From positions 2,314 through 66,313 of the IMG/VR virus record IMGVR_UViG_3300031555_003048: a stretch of DNA of 64,000 nt. One strand, given 5' to 3'. How positions within the stretch are numbered: the first letter of the stretch is position 1; each line of letters begins with the position of its first letter. The position numbers and the translations under genes are program-made. Source of the DNA: a virus (Duplodnaviria; Caudoviricetes). Of the stretch, positions 48,530-57,550 are shown piece after piece. The notes beneath the pieces were generated by a model. It ran no database searches, was not told the DNA's origin, and saw only the letters and a program-made list of their open reading frames with translations.

Positions 48530-48563
48530 CATTGTTCGTTCTACCTCTCGTTTTGTTTACAGG

Positions 48564-48602
48564 AAAATGACATATCAGTTTATCTGATATGTCATTTTTC
48601 TT
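48564..48602 (+). terminator. Intrinsic terminator
   Basis: aaaatgacatatcag-tttat-ctgatatgtcatttt followed by tcttt. Confidence 0.75.
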
Positions 48603-48660
48603 TACAAAAATACTGAAATTTATAAAATATAAAGATATCTTAGAATTAGAAGGTGATTAT

Positions 48661-49215
48661 ATGTATGCGTTAATGATGAATAAATCTTTTATATGTGTAT
48701 CTTCTGGATTTGAATTACAACCAGTTAATCAAATCAGTTCTGCTACATTATTTGATAGTTTTTCTAATGCTAATAATTTTGTGAATACACATATTCAAAA
48801 GAAAATTAGATATAAATATAAAATTGTCAATTGTGATGATTTAATGCTGTCCGATGAATCTTTATCTAAATTAGTTTTAGATACAGTTACAGATAAAACA
48901 ACTAAATTAATAGATGAACAGATACAAATGTTAAACAATGCTTTATCTTTAATGGACAGAAAACAGCAAGATATATTACATTATATTGAAGCTAATGAAA
49001 AGTTCAATTTGTACCAATCTTGGAAGATAGTTCACAAGCTACAAAAGATAAGAGCTAAACGCCGGAAGATAAAGAAATGCTTGGTAACTTTATTTTCTTT
49101 TAAACAATCTATAAGTTTAGAACAGCTTTATCTAAATCAATGTGAAAGTAATTCCTATAACAATCGTGTAATTGAAGATATGGAAAGTTACATAATGAAT
49201 GATGACACGGAGTAA
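48661..49215 (+). CDS. Hypothetical coiled-coil protein
   Basis: ATG 48661 after GAAGGTG; QQDILHYIE...KLQKIRAKRRKIK. Confidence 0.6.
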   Translation: MYALMMNKSFICVSSGFELQPVNQISSATLFDSFSNANNFVNTHIQKKIRYKYKIVNCDDLMLSDESLSKLVLDTVTDKTTKLIDEQIQMLNNALSLMDRKQQDILHYIEANEKFNLYQSWKIVHKLQKIRAKRRKIKKCLVTLFSFKQSISLEQLYLNQCESNSYNNRVIEDMESYIMNDDTE

Positions 49216-49265
49216 TATTTAATTATTTGTTTACATTTATATAAAACTATTGTAATAACTATAGT

Positions 49266-49287
49266 TTATAATATAATTACAGTAAAG
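49266..49287 (+). promoter_or_regulatory. Phage promoter motif, copy 3
   Basis: ttataatataattacagtaaag, identical to 38747. Confidence 0.65.
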
Positions 49288-49322
49288 GAAACAGTAATAA
49301 GGGTTTTAATTATTGGAGGATT

Positions 49323-49586
49323 TTGAATATGAAATATCTTGTTAAAATATGGTGGGAAAATGAAAAGACAGCAGATATAAAGATAATGTCGGAAAGAGAG
49401 CTGGTTAAGTGGTTTGATATGTCAGACTGCTACCCTTCATTTGATTACGAAATCTATGCAGTGGATACTCACGCTAAGAAAGCACCTTTTAAGATTACTT
49501 ATGTAGGTTGGCAGCCTAACTGTTTTATAGAGTTTGTAGATGAGTATGGAGATGTTGCAGCAGCTGGCTATGGTACAGATCATTAA
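49323..49586 (+). CDS. Hypothetical protein
   Basis: GGAGG RBS, 87 aa. Confidence 0.6.
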   Translation: MNMKYLVKIWWENEKTADIKIMSERELVKWFDMSDCYPSFDYEIYAVDTHAKKAPFKITYVGWQPNCFIEFVDEYGDVAAAGYGTDH

Positions 49587-49605
49587 ATAAGAAAGGAAAG
49601 ATAAT

Positions 49606-50142
49606 ATGAAAGTTCTTATAGTTATAGATATGCAGAATGATTTTATAGACGGAGTGCTTGGTACGAGGGAAGCTCAAGCAATCGTGCCTCTTGCCTGTGA
49701 GAAGATAAAGAACTTTAAGGGAGCAATACTCTTAACCGCTGATACTCACAATGAGAACTATCTTAATACACAGGAAGGAAAATTTCTTCCTGTTCCTCAT
49801 TGTATAAGAGATACAATTGGTTATGATATTAACGATGATATATATGCGGCTATATGCAAAAAGCCTCATTTAAAAATACATAAAAATACTTTTGGAACCT
49901 TCACTCTGCCAAAATGGATAAAAGAAATAGCTCATGATTCTGGAGAAGAGATTGAAGCTATTGAGCTTATTGGAGTTTGCACGGATATATGTGTAATCAA
50001 TAATGCTCTTATCCTTAAAGCGGCGTTTCCCGAAGTACCAATTATGGTTGATGCGACTTGCTGTGCTGGCGTAACACCCGATCTGCATGAGGCTGCTCTT
50101 AAAGTAATGAAGAGCTGTCAGATAATTGTGAAGGAGGGCTAA
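49606..50142 (+). CDS. pncA: Isochorismatase-family cysteine hydrolase (nicotinamidase-like)
   Basis: LIVIDMQNDF, TADTH, PHC, KNTFG, GVCTDICV. Confidence 0.85.
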   Translation: MKVLIVIDMQNDFIDGVLGTREAQAIVPLACEKIKNFKGAILLTADTHNENYLNTQEGKFLPVPHCIRDTIGYDINDDIYAAICKKPHLKIHKNTFGTFTLPKWIKEIAHDSGEEIEAIELIGVCTDICVINNALILKAAFPEVPIMVDATCCAGVTPDLHEAALKVMKSCQIIVKEG

Positions 50143-50144
50143 CT

Positions 50145-50345
50145 ATGAAGCTCACATCTGAAATAATTTATCAGATCAATAAAGATATGAGTGAACTTCA
50201 GATGCAAGAATATGAAAGGGATATACGGGAGTTTGAATGTGTTGAGAAAGGAGAGCTTCAATACTTCCTCGCTTATCTTTGGAAAAGGTATGAGAGACTT
50301 GAAAAGTGCTGGGAAAATGTCTGTGATGAATTAGAAAGATCTTGA
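50145..50345 (+). CDS. Hypothetical protein
   Basis: GGAGG RBS, 66 aa. Confidence 0.55.
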   Translation: MKLTSEIIYQINKDMSELQMQEYERDIREFECVEKGELQYFLAYLWKRYERLEKCWENVCDELERS

Positions 50346-50364
50346 TAATAAAGGAGGGCTGATT

Positions 50365-50658
50365 ATGGCTCTGAATATATGGCTTGATGATATAAGACCT
50401 GCTCCTTCTGGATATATATGGGTTAAGTCAGTCAACCAAGCTCAAAAAGTTATTTTAGGAGCCGAGAATCTTGGGGAAGATATACTTGAGCTTAATCTTG
50501 ATCATGATCTTGGTGATTATGCTAAGGACGGTGGCGATGGTATTAAGTTAATACTGTGGCTTGCAGAAACTGAGAGACATTATCCGATTGAACTCCATAC
50601 TCTTAACCCGGTTGGGCGTGAAAATATGCAAGCAATTATAGATCGGTATTGGCCGTAA
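50365..50658 (+). CDS. Cyclic-phosphate-processing receiver-domain-like protein
   Basis: IWLDDIRPAP, LDHDLG, G..LILWL, LHTLNPVGRENM. Confidence 0.75.
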   Translation: MALNIWLDDIRPAPSGYIWVKSVNQAQKVILGAENLGEDILELNLDHDLGDYAKDGGDGIKLILWLAETERHYPIELHTLNPVGRENMQAIIDRYWP

Positions 50659-50669
50659 GTAAAAAAGGA

Positions 50670-50915
50670 ATGATAATTATGCCGAACGTTACTCCACTTC
50701 CAACTTCAATACACATAGAGTTTCCTTATGATGTGACTATCACAACAAAGGAAGAAGCTGTTGATTATGTTATCAACCAGTGTAAGAACTGTCCTCGTTA
50801 CATAGCTAACTGGGATTGTTCTGGTAAAACTTTATACAAATGCATAACTGTGACGCATGATCTCGTAAATAATGTAAGAGAGCAGTTTCATCTTTTTACG
50901 AATGAAAGATTATGA
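50670..50915 (+). CDS. Hypothetical protein flanked by 14-bp direct repeats
   Basis: CKNC...WDC..C motif; flanks read gatcggtattggcc. Confidence 0.5.
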   Translation: MIIMPNVTPLPTSIHIEFPYDVTITTKEEAVDYVINQCKNCPRYIANWDCSGKTLYKCITVTHDLVNNVREQFHLFTNERL

Positions 50916-50962
50916 TACAAAAAATGGATCGGTATTGGCCATGAGGAAGAAAAAATTTTATT

Positions 50963-50990
50963 TTGACTTTTCTAAAATTTTTGATATAAT
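50963..50990 (+). promoter_or_regulatory. Consensus SigA promoter (TTGACT-N16-TATAAT)
   Basis: ttgact tttctaaaatttttga tataat upstream of the pentapeptide gene. Confidence 0.7.
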
Positions 50991-51057
50991 ACTCGTTTTG
51001 CAGAGATAACTTTTCCAGATCTAAAGTGGTAAATTTTATAGACAAAGGAGAATTATA

Positions 51058-51963
51058 ATGGACATTACTCTGTTAAATATAATAATTGAAAAACATAGAA
51101 AATGGATAGGGCATCAGGAAGGTGGGGAAAGAGCTAACCTTTGCGGGACTGACCTTCGCGGGGCCAACCTTAGTGGAGCTGACCTTCGCGGGGCTAACCT
51201 GCACGAAACTAACCTTAGTGGAGCTAATCTTTGCCGAACTAATTTTAATAGGGCTGACCTTTGTGGGGCTAATCTTTACAGGGCTAATCTTAGTGGAGCT
51301 GACCTTTGTGAGGCTAACCTTAGTGGAGCTGACCTTTGCCATGCTAACCTTTATGAGGCTAACTTTAGTAGGGCTAATCTTTATGCAACTGACCTTTGTG
51401 AAGCTGACCTTAGTAGGGCTAACCTTTATGGAGCTAACCTTCGTGGAACTAATCTTAGTAGGGCTGACCTTAGAGGAGCTAACATTCGTGAGGCTAATTT
51501 TATTAGGGCTAACATTCGTGAGGCTAATCTTAGTGGAGCTAACCTTAGTGGGGCTAATCTTAGTGGAGCTAACATTCGTGAAGCTAATCTTAGTGGAGCT
51601 AACCTTAGTGGGGCTAATAATATACCATATATACCTATGGCTTGTCCTGACAATGGAAGTTTTATTGCGTGGAAGAAAGCCGGAAAATATATTATAAAAT
51701 TGCTTATACCTGATGATGCTATGCGTTCATCAGCAACCGGTAGAAAATGTCGAGCAAATAAAGCCAAGGTTTTGGAAATTCAAAATGTAGACGGAGAAAA
51801 GGCTGATATTAATTCAGTGGCAAGTGATTATGATAGTAGTTTCATATATGTAGTAGGACAAGAAATAACGGTTCCTAATTTTGAAGAAAACAGATTTATG
51901 GAGTGTGCCCCAGGAATACATTTCGTTATCAATCGGCAAGAAGCAGTTGAGTATGCAAGATAA
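51058..51963 (+). CDS. Pentapeptide repeat protein with DUF5758-like C-terminal domain
   Basis: Roughly 30 A(N/D)Lxx repeats; C-terminal SFIAWKK..IIKLLIP..A.RSSAT.RKCRA..AKV...ECAPGIHF. Confidence 0.92.
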   Translation: MDITLLNIIIEKHRKWIGHQEGGERANLCGTDLRGANLSGADLRGANLHETNLSGANLCRTNFNRADLCGANLYRANLSGADLCEANLSGADLCHANLYEANFSRANLYATDLCEADLSRANLYGANLRGTNLSRADLRGANIREANFIRANIREANLSGANLSGANLSGANIREANLSGANLSGANNIPYIPMACPDNGSFIAWKKAGKYIIKLLIPDDAMRSSATGRKCRANKAKVLEIQNVDGEKADINSVASDYDSSFIYVVGQEITVPNFEENRFMECAPGIHFVINRQEAVEYAR

Positions 51964-52082
51964 GAAAACCATATAATGGAATAGCTTATTCCGAACAGAC
52001 ATATAACGTGTGGAATAATTTTTGGTGGTAATACCATTCATCAAAATAAATATAAATACAAAGTAATTAAGGGGGATGTACA

Positions 52083-52325
52083 ATGAAAGACAAGCAAAAT
52101 CAAATTGAAAATGCTTGTGACTATTGTAAAGGTGGTATTTCCGTCATAGGTAAAACAGTTCATGAAACACTTAGCATTCAAACAAGTGATAAAGGTATAA
52201 GGGTACTTATGACTGAATGTGACCCATGTCCGACTTATGCACACTGCGGATTACACCATATTAAGTCAAGAGCTGTCTACCTTATAAACTTCTGTCCTAT
52301 GTGTGGAAGAAACTTAATAAAATAG
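52083..52325 (+). CDS. Small Cys-rich hypothetical protein
   Basis: CDYC...INFCPMCGRNL. Confidence 0.6.
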   Translation: MKDKQNQIENACDYCKGGISVIGKTVHETLSIQTSDKGIRVLMTECDPCPTYAHCGLHHIKSRAVYLINFCPMCGRNLIK

Positions 52326-52338
52326 GAGATGAAATTAA

Positions 52339-52530
52339 ATGTTATATGATGTAACTGCTTATGGAATTATAAAAAGTCTTACAAATGATGTAAAGGAAAA
52401 CCATCCTAATTTATCTGATAATGAAATTAAAAAGTTTGTTTTAAATGCCTTGCTAGCAAATTGTGTTAATGAAACCATAATGGAACAGGTGGATTATCTT
52501 ATAGAAAATAACGGTTATCAAGGAGAATGA
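52339..52530 (+). CDS. Hypothetical protein
   Basis: AGGAG RBS. Confidence 0.5.
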   Translation: MLYDVTAYGIIKSLTNDVKENHPNLSDNEIKKFVLNALLANCVNETIMEQVDYLIENNGYQGE

Positions 52531-52533
52531 AAA

Positions 52534-52827
52534 ATGAATAAAAGAATAAAGAAAAAGAATGACATAAAAAGATTCAATGAGTTTTTCTTCAAAGCCAAAA
52601 ATCTTGTAACTACACTTGATATTGATTATTATTTTAAATACAGTCATTATGACTTTTTCTTACACTGCTTACACTGTCTTGATTTACCCAATTCTGATAT
52701 ATATTGGGAAGAATATGATAAGTGGATAGGTTCTATTAATGGTAAAAGATATTGGTCTTATGCAAGAAAAAAGAATAACATACCTAAATATATTGGGTAT
52801 AAAAATAAAGTGATTAAATATAAATAG
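52534..52827 (+). CDS. Hypothetical protein
   Basis: MNKRIKKK start. Confidence 0.5.
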   Translation: MNKRIKKKNDIKRFNEFFFKAKNLVTTLDIDYYFKYSHYDFFLHCLHCLDLPNSDIYWEEYDKWIGSINGKRYWSYARKKNNIPKYIGYKNKVIKYK

Positions 52828-52946
52828 TAAAAAAGAATAAAACAACATATTATAATAATAAACTACTAATAGTATAATAATAGGTGTTTAGTAATGAACA
52901 CCCTTGTTCTACTATTAGTATTTTTTATATAAAGGAGTTTATAAAT

Positions 52947-53429
52947 ATGATTATTAGAGAATATAGAAATAAATTTCGACCTAAATATGAATATTTTGCC
53001 AGATATAGAATTACTTTCAATGATTATGATGAGGAAATTGCAAATAATTTAATAGGTCTTATTAATTCTTATTTTATTGTTTATGACAATGTTAAAGATT
53101 TAGGACCCCGTGGAATTGAATTTATGATACATAATGATAATATTAGCTATATTAATAAATTATTTATAGAAGATTTTTTAAATGAATATGATTATGGTTA
53201 TATTGCTAATGTGGAAGATATTGGTTGTCCTAATGTATATAAAGATGATAAATGGTATTGGATTGATTCACAAGAATTAGCAGATATAGATGAATTAGAA
53301 GAAATTTGGCATAATAGTTTTGTTGGCTATGGTGATTATGATGATAATTATCCTACTACCTTTAATGCATTTGTTCGTCAATGTGTAGATGGTAATGAAT
53401 TAAAATTAGTGGAATGGATAACTAATTAA
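52947..53429 (+). CDS. IxE-leader array protein (MIIRE)
   Basis: ATG after AAGGAG; acidic. Confidence 0.7.
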   Translation: MIIREYRNKFRPKYEYFARYRITFNDYDEEIANNLIGLINSYFIVYDNVKDLGPRGIEFMIHNDNISYINKLFIEDFLNEYDYGYIANVEDIGCPNVYKDDKWYWIDSQELADIDELEEIWHNSFVGYGDYDDNYPTTFNAFVRQCVDGNELKLVEWITN

Positions 53430-53445
53430 AGTTAGGAGTTTACCT

Positions 53446-54195
53446 ATGAAATTAAGAATATTAGAAACATATAATGCTAAAAATAATTTTGTATCTATTA
53501 ATAACCCAGATAATATAGCTGCAAATTGGTTTGGTAATAAAAAAGTAGGTAATGTTACTCTCAATGATTATATGCGTTATGAAAAAGGTCAAGATGCTAT
53601 AATTGAATATATGTCACCTAATGAATATTTAGATAGGTGTATTAATGACATATTTAATTCTACATATGAAAAAGTTGTGGGTGTTGTTAAACAACATAAT
53701 GCTAATATTATATCTAAATATGCTAATGATATGTTAAATGGGGATAAATTTCCTTTACCTTATTTAGATTATGTTCATAAACAACAAGAAGGTAGACATA
53801 GAGCTTTAGCAGTTATTGAAGCCTTTGGTGAAGACAGCATAATGCCTGTTATAGTTATAAGACCGACTGACCCAACAGAAGAAGAACTTAAACAATATGC
53901 TAAACAGCGCTGGCCCAATGATCCTGCATGGGGATTAGAATATGTAAAAAGTAAGTATGATAAATTTAATATTGACAACACTATTGAGGATGAAACTGAT
54001 GGTTTAGATAATATTGAAACCAAATATAATGATACTGATTTTGATTTAGATAGTGAATTAGATTCTTTATATGATGATATAGATGAAGAAGATTTCCTTA
54101 ATTTTGTAAATAATAGATACCATACCAATTATAATTCAGTCACAGATATAGATGCTATAACATTTACACAGGCACTTGATAAATATTTCTCGTAG
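53446..54195 (+). CDS. IxE-leader array protein (MKLRILE) with ParB/Srx-like domain
   Basis: KYANDM..GDKFPLPYL...QEGRHRALA...PVIVI. Confidence 0.7.
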   Translation: MKLRILETYNAKNNFVSINNPDNIAANWFGNKKVGNVTLNDYMRYEKGQDAIIEYMSPNEYLDRCINDIFNSTYEKVVGVVKQHNANIISKYANDMLNGDKFPLPYLDYVHKQQEGRHRALAVIEAFGEDSIMPVIVIRPTDPTEEELKQYAKQRWPNDPAWGLEYVKSKYDKFNIDNTIEDETDGLDNIETKYNDTDFDLDSELDSLYDDIDEEDFLNFVNNRYHTNYNSVTDIDAITFTQALDKYFS

Positions 54196-54311
54196 TATTA
54201 CATTTGTTTTATAAATAAATTTAATTATTTATTTACATTCTATAATAATATTAGTAATAATTATATAGTATAATAGTATAGTAGGAAAACCATATTTGGA
54301 GGTATTATACT

Positions 54312-54728
54312 ATGAATTATACTGTTAATGAAAAACTTAAAAATGAATTATTTGCCGATATTTATATGGATTTTGTTAAATGTAGTAGCAATCAATGTTG
54401 GGATATTCCTAATTTTTATACTATAATTCTTTATGATTGGATAGATAATCAAAAGAAAGTTTTTCATATTGAAAGTGAAGAAGAATTATATTTCTTTGTA
54501 AAGAACTTTGCATATAGAGATATTATTTATATTATGAAATGCCCTTGGCGAAATGGCAATGATTTGAATAGTAGATTCAATGTAGATTGTATTAATGGAG
54601 TAATATATAATGAATATTTAGAAGAATTTGATAATAATGAATTTAAGTATTTTAATTCAATTTGTAATCAGTTTGGAGTTGAAAATTATGGTGAAGATAA
54701 TAACCCCTGGACGTCCAGAGTTTATTAA
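54312..54728 (+). CDS. Hypothetical protein (MNYTVNE)
   Basis: GGAGG RBS. Confidence 0.6.
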   Translation: MNYTVNEKLKNELFADIYMDFVKCSSNQCWDIPNFYTIILYDWIDNQKKVFHIESEEELYFFVKNFAYRDIIYIMKCPWRNGNDLNSRFNVDCINGVIYNEYLEEFDNNEFKYFNSICNQFGVENYGEDNNPWTSRVY

Positions 54729-55176
54729 GGTTAATATTAATCAGTTTGTAGAATGTGTTGTAAAAACATTTAAGTTATCTTTAAATGAAGAACATATTAC
54801 TTCAAAGGATAAGTTAAAACAATACAGAGATTATATTGACGGAGCAGAAGTTAAAAAAGAATTGGGTAATTTACTTAATGATTTTGTTAATAAATATAAA
54901 CGAAATGACTATATAAGAAAAGTAGATTTCTATGTTAGCAAAAAAGAAGGACTCTCTAATTACATTGAAATTACTTTTAATGCTCCTTTTGGTGTTAAAG
55001 AATGGCTAAAACATATGAAAATAAGAATTTCTGACCATCCTAAACACAATGATAGAAAGATAGATGAATATATAAAATTAGAAGGTAAATCAGTAGAAGA
55101 TATAGAAAATGAATTAGATATAATAATTAATAGACGGATTAGAAGATTACAAAGAGAAGAACAAGGAGTAAGTTAA
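54688..55176 (+). CDS. Hypothetical protein (internal KLSLNEE; IRISDH motif)
   Basis: ATG 54688 after GGAG. Confidence 0.6.
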   Translation: MVKIITPGRPEFIKVNINQFVECVVKTFKLSLNEEHITSKDKLKQYRDYIDGAEVKKELGNLLNDFVNKYKRNDYIRKVDFYVSKKEGLSNYIEITFNAPFGVKEWLKHMKIRISDHPKHNDRKIDEYIKLEGKSVEDIENELDIIINRRIRRLQREEQGVS

Positions 55177-55178
55177 TT

Positions 55179-55313
55179 ATGAAACTTAAAATTAATGAAA
55201 GTGGTTATAGCCATAAAAAGTATAATTTGATTTCTGAAGATGAATATAATTGATAGTCAACTTACTCATAATAATATAGAAGATTTTATAGCTGATATGA
55301 ATGATAGACTTGA
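55179..55313 (+). pseudogene. Frameshifted IxE-leader remnant (MKLKINESGY..., stop at 55253)
   Basis: AAGGAG RBS; 24 codons then TGA; another frame continues IIDSQLTHNNIEDFIADMNDRLDNFV. Confidence 0.55.
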
Positions 55314-55365
55314 TAATTTTGTTTAATTAGAATAAAAGTAGCTAATTAGAAAGGATTTAGTTAAT

Positions 55366-55866
55366 GTGATTAAACTTACTATACCAGAAAGCAATGATTG
55401 GAATACCAATACGCCTAATATTAAAATTAATTTTATGCGTCAAATAATGAAAGAAAATAATAATTATGTTGGAGAACCTTGTGTAGGTATATTTTGGTAT
55501 GACACTAATGAAAATGAATTATTTGGTGTTCGTTCTAATTTAGCAGAAGATACTAAATATTATTATTCAGATATGTTAAATCAATATGTAAGAACAACTA
55601 AATTTTTACATTATGCCATTTGGCAAAAAGAATCTAATAGAGGTAAAGACGAACGATTCCAAACTTTAGATTATACTAAATATCCAAGGGGTAGGATATT
55701 TGAAGTTAAAGATAAAGGTTTTGAAGTATATGTTGGTAATTGGATAAAAGATTATCCACAATGTAAACAATTAATTATAGATGAATTTGATTTACCTCAA
55801 AATACTGAATTTATAATTGATGCACATTGGGATTTAGGTCACGGTTGGTCAGACAAAGAATTTTAA
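55366..55866 (+). CDS. IxE-leader array protein (MIKLTIPE)
   Basis: VGIFWYD...YPRGRIF...DAHW. Confidence 0.7.
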   Translation: MIKLTIPESNDWNTNTPNIKINFMRQIMKENNNYVGEPCVGIFWYDTNENELFGVRSNLAEDTKYYYSDMLNQYVRTTKFLHYAIWQKESNRGKDERFQTLDYTKYPRGRIFEVKDKGFEVYVGNWIKDYPQCKQLIIDEFDLPQNTEFIIDAHWDLGHGWSDKEF

Positions 55867-55904
55867 AACAAATATCAAAAATGAATTATAGAGGTGAAAC
55901 TACA

Positions 55905-56429
55905 TTGAAATTAAGAATTAATGAATCAAAATATAATTTAGATTGGAAAGAAATAGGAACAGAAACTATTTATATAGGTGATGAAAGATATAGACTTCCT
56001 ATATATGAAAAACGTTTATATCCTACTATTGTAATTCAAGTTGTACCAGAAGAAAATGATAATAAGGAAGAAATTGTTTGGACAGTTTATTATACACCTG
56101 AATTTGGTAGAGCCGGTTTTAAATTTGTTGAAACAGGTTTCTTTGATAGCGTAGAAGCTATGGATTATGTAGATAATGAACTTATAGGTAAGTTTGATAT
56201 ATTTGACATTATTAATAATGCCATAAACGAAGATGTAGATACCAATTCGAAAGATTTGGCTGAACAAGTATTAGAAACATTTAAGTCTGATGTAGATAGA
56301 TTAAAAAGTATATACGCTTCCTATATGAAACTATATAAGGAAAATAAAGATAACTCAGATAAGTTATTAGATATAGCTGATAAAATAGCTTCTATTACAA
56401 TTAATATACCTGATGTATTTAATAAATAA
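55905..56429 (+). CDS. IxE-leader array protein (MKLRINE, TTG start)
   Basis: GAGGTG RBS then ttgaaattaagaattaatgaa. Confidence 0.72.
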   Translation: MKLRINESKYNLDWKEIGTETIYIGDERYRLPIYEKRLYPTIVIQVVPEENDNKEEIVWTVYYTPEFGRAGFKFVETGFFDSVEAMDYVDNELIGKFDIFDIINNAINEDVDTNSKDLAEQVLETFKSDVDRLKSIYASYMKLYKENKDNSDKLLDIADKIASITINIPDVFNK

Positions 56430-56455
56430 TATTTGTAGAAAGGAATTGATTATAT

Positions 56456-56830
56456 ATGTTTATAAGAGAAGATATGATGGCACAAGTTAATAAAATGGAG
56501 GATAGAATAATAGACTATCTTGGTTGGGAAGAAGCTTTTAAGGCTATTTCTAAGGCATTAGATGTAGATACTAAGAATAGTATTTACGAATATATAATTA
56601 GAAATTATGAGATACCCTTATATGAATTTGGGGGCTATAAATTTGACCCAAATGGAGATTGGACTGATATTTGGTATTCTGTAATAGAGCCTATTATAGA
56701 CGAGCATTTCGGTTCCGAAACATTTGAAGATGACGTGGATGCCATAATTAATATGTTTATGGATGAATTTGGTGAATTTGATTCTGTAAGAATTGCCTGT
56801 GAAAAGTTCTTTGATGAAAATTATATTTAA
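56456..56830 (+). CDS. IxE-leader array protein (MFIRE)
   Basis: RBS gaaaggaattgattatatatg. Confidence 0.72.
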   Translation: MFIREDMMAQVNKMEDRIIDYLGWEEAFKAISKALDVDTKNSIYEYIIRNYEIPLYEFGGYKFDPNGDWTDIWYSVIEPIIDEHFGSETFEDDVDAIINMFMDEFGEFDSVRIACEKFFDENYI

Positions 56831-56855
56831 TTTAAAAGAAAGGATTTGATTATAT

Positions 56856-57254
56856 ATGAAATTAAGAATTAATGAATCTACTAAACGTAATATAATGGAA
56901 TTACCTACATCAGAAAGACTTGATATATTAACTAAACTGTTTGATAAGTACCCTTTTGGTGTAAGTACAGAGCAAGCTATGGCATGGTTTGAGCTAAATG
57001 GATTTGACACTTCTAACTATACTAATGAACAATTTAATAGCGATTGGGATGATTGGCTTTCCTTTTATGATTATGATGACGAAGATAATGTAGTTGATAC
57101 TTATAATGAAATTGAAACCAAAGAAGATGCTTATAATTGGTTACAAAATAAGTTAAGCGAATATGGAAATACATATCATTTTAATAATGAAGATAGGTAT
57201 AAGTTAGATAGACTTATAGATAGATTTGGTAATACTTATTTTTGGAATAGATAA
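56856..57254 (+). CDS. IxE-leader array protein (MKLRINE)
   Basis: RBS gaaaggatttgattatatatg. Confidence 0.75.
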   Translation: MKLRINESTKRNIMELPTSERLDILTKLFDKYPFGVSTEQAMAWFELNGFDTSNYTNEQFNSDWDDWLSFYDYDDEDNVVDTYNEIETKEDAYNWLQNKLSEYGNTYHFNNEDRYKLDRLIDRFGNTYFWNR

Positions 57255-57274
57255 TAGTAAAGGAAGAATTTATT

Positions 57275-57514
57275 ATGAAAATTAAAATTAAGGAATCCGA
57301 ATATGGTTTAGGTGGTAGAAACTATTCTAACTTGAACCCAGTTTTACAGGAGTATATAGATTTTCTTCAAGAAGATGGTATTGAGGTTTTAAATGTTGCC
57401 TATAAACTTAAAACAATAACTGTTAAACGGAAGGCTTCATTTTACTTACAGGATAGAGATTATTTTGGAAAAGATTTATATAAAGACGGTTGGTCAGTAA
57501 TAGCACAACTTTAA
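57275..57514 (+). CDS. IxE-leader array protein (MKIKIKE)
   Basis: AAGGAAG RBS. Confidence 0.7.
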   Translation: MKIKIKESEYGLGGRNYSNLNPVLQEYIDFLQEDGIEVLNVAYKLKTITVKRKASFYLQDRDYFGKDLYKDGWSVIAQL

Positions 57515-57550
57515 CTTTTTTAGTTTATATATAAGAAAGGATAGTTTATT

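Noticed and set aside
39400-48530. Stop-codon recoding (multiple Gln tRNAs suggested TAG-to-Gln)
   Set aside because: No CTA-anticodon tRNA found; conserved genes are full length in code 11 and several end in TAG (e.g. nrdG, MFS)
49606-50142. Complete NAD-reconstitution anti-defence pathway
   Set aside because: Only a PncA-like gene is visible; no Nampt/Nmnat or Adps/Namat partners recognised in the window
51073-51767. Alternative-frame and antisense ORFs over the pentapeptide gene
   Set aside because: Artefacts of the stop-free 15-nt periodic repeat; no RBS or independent motifs
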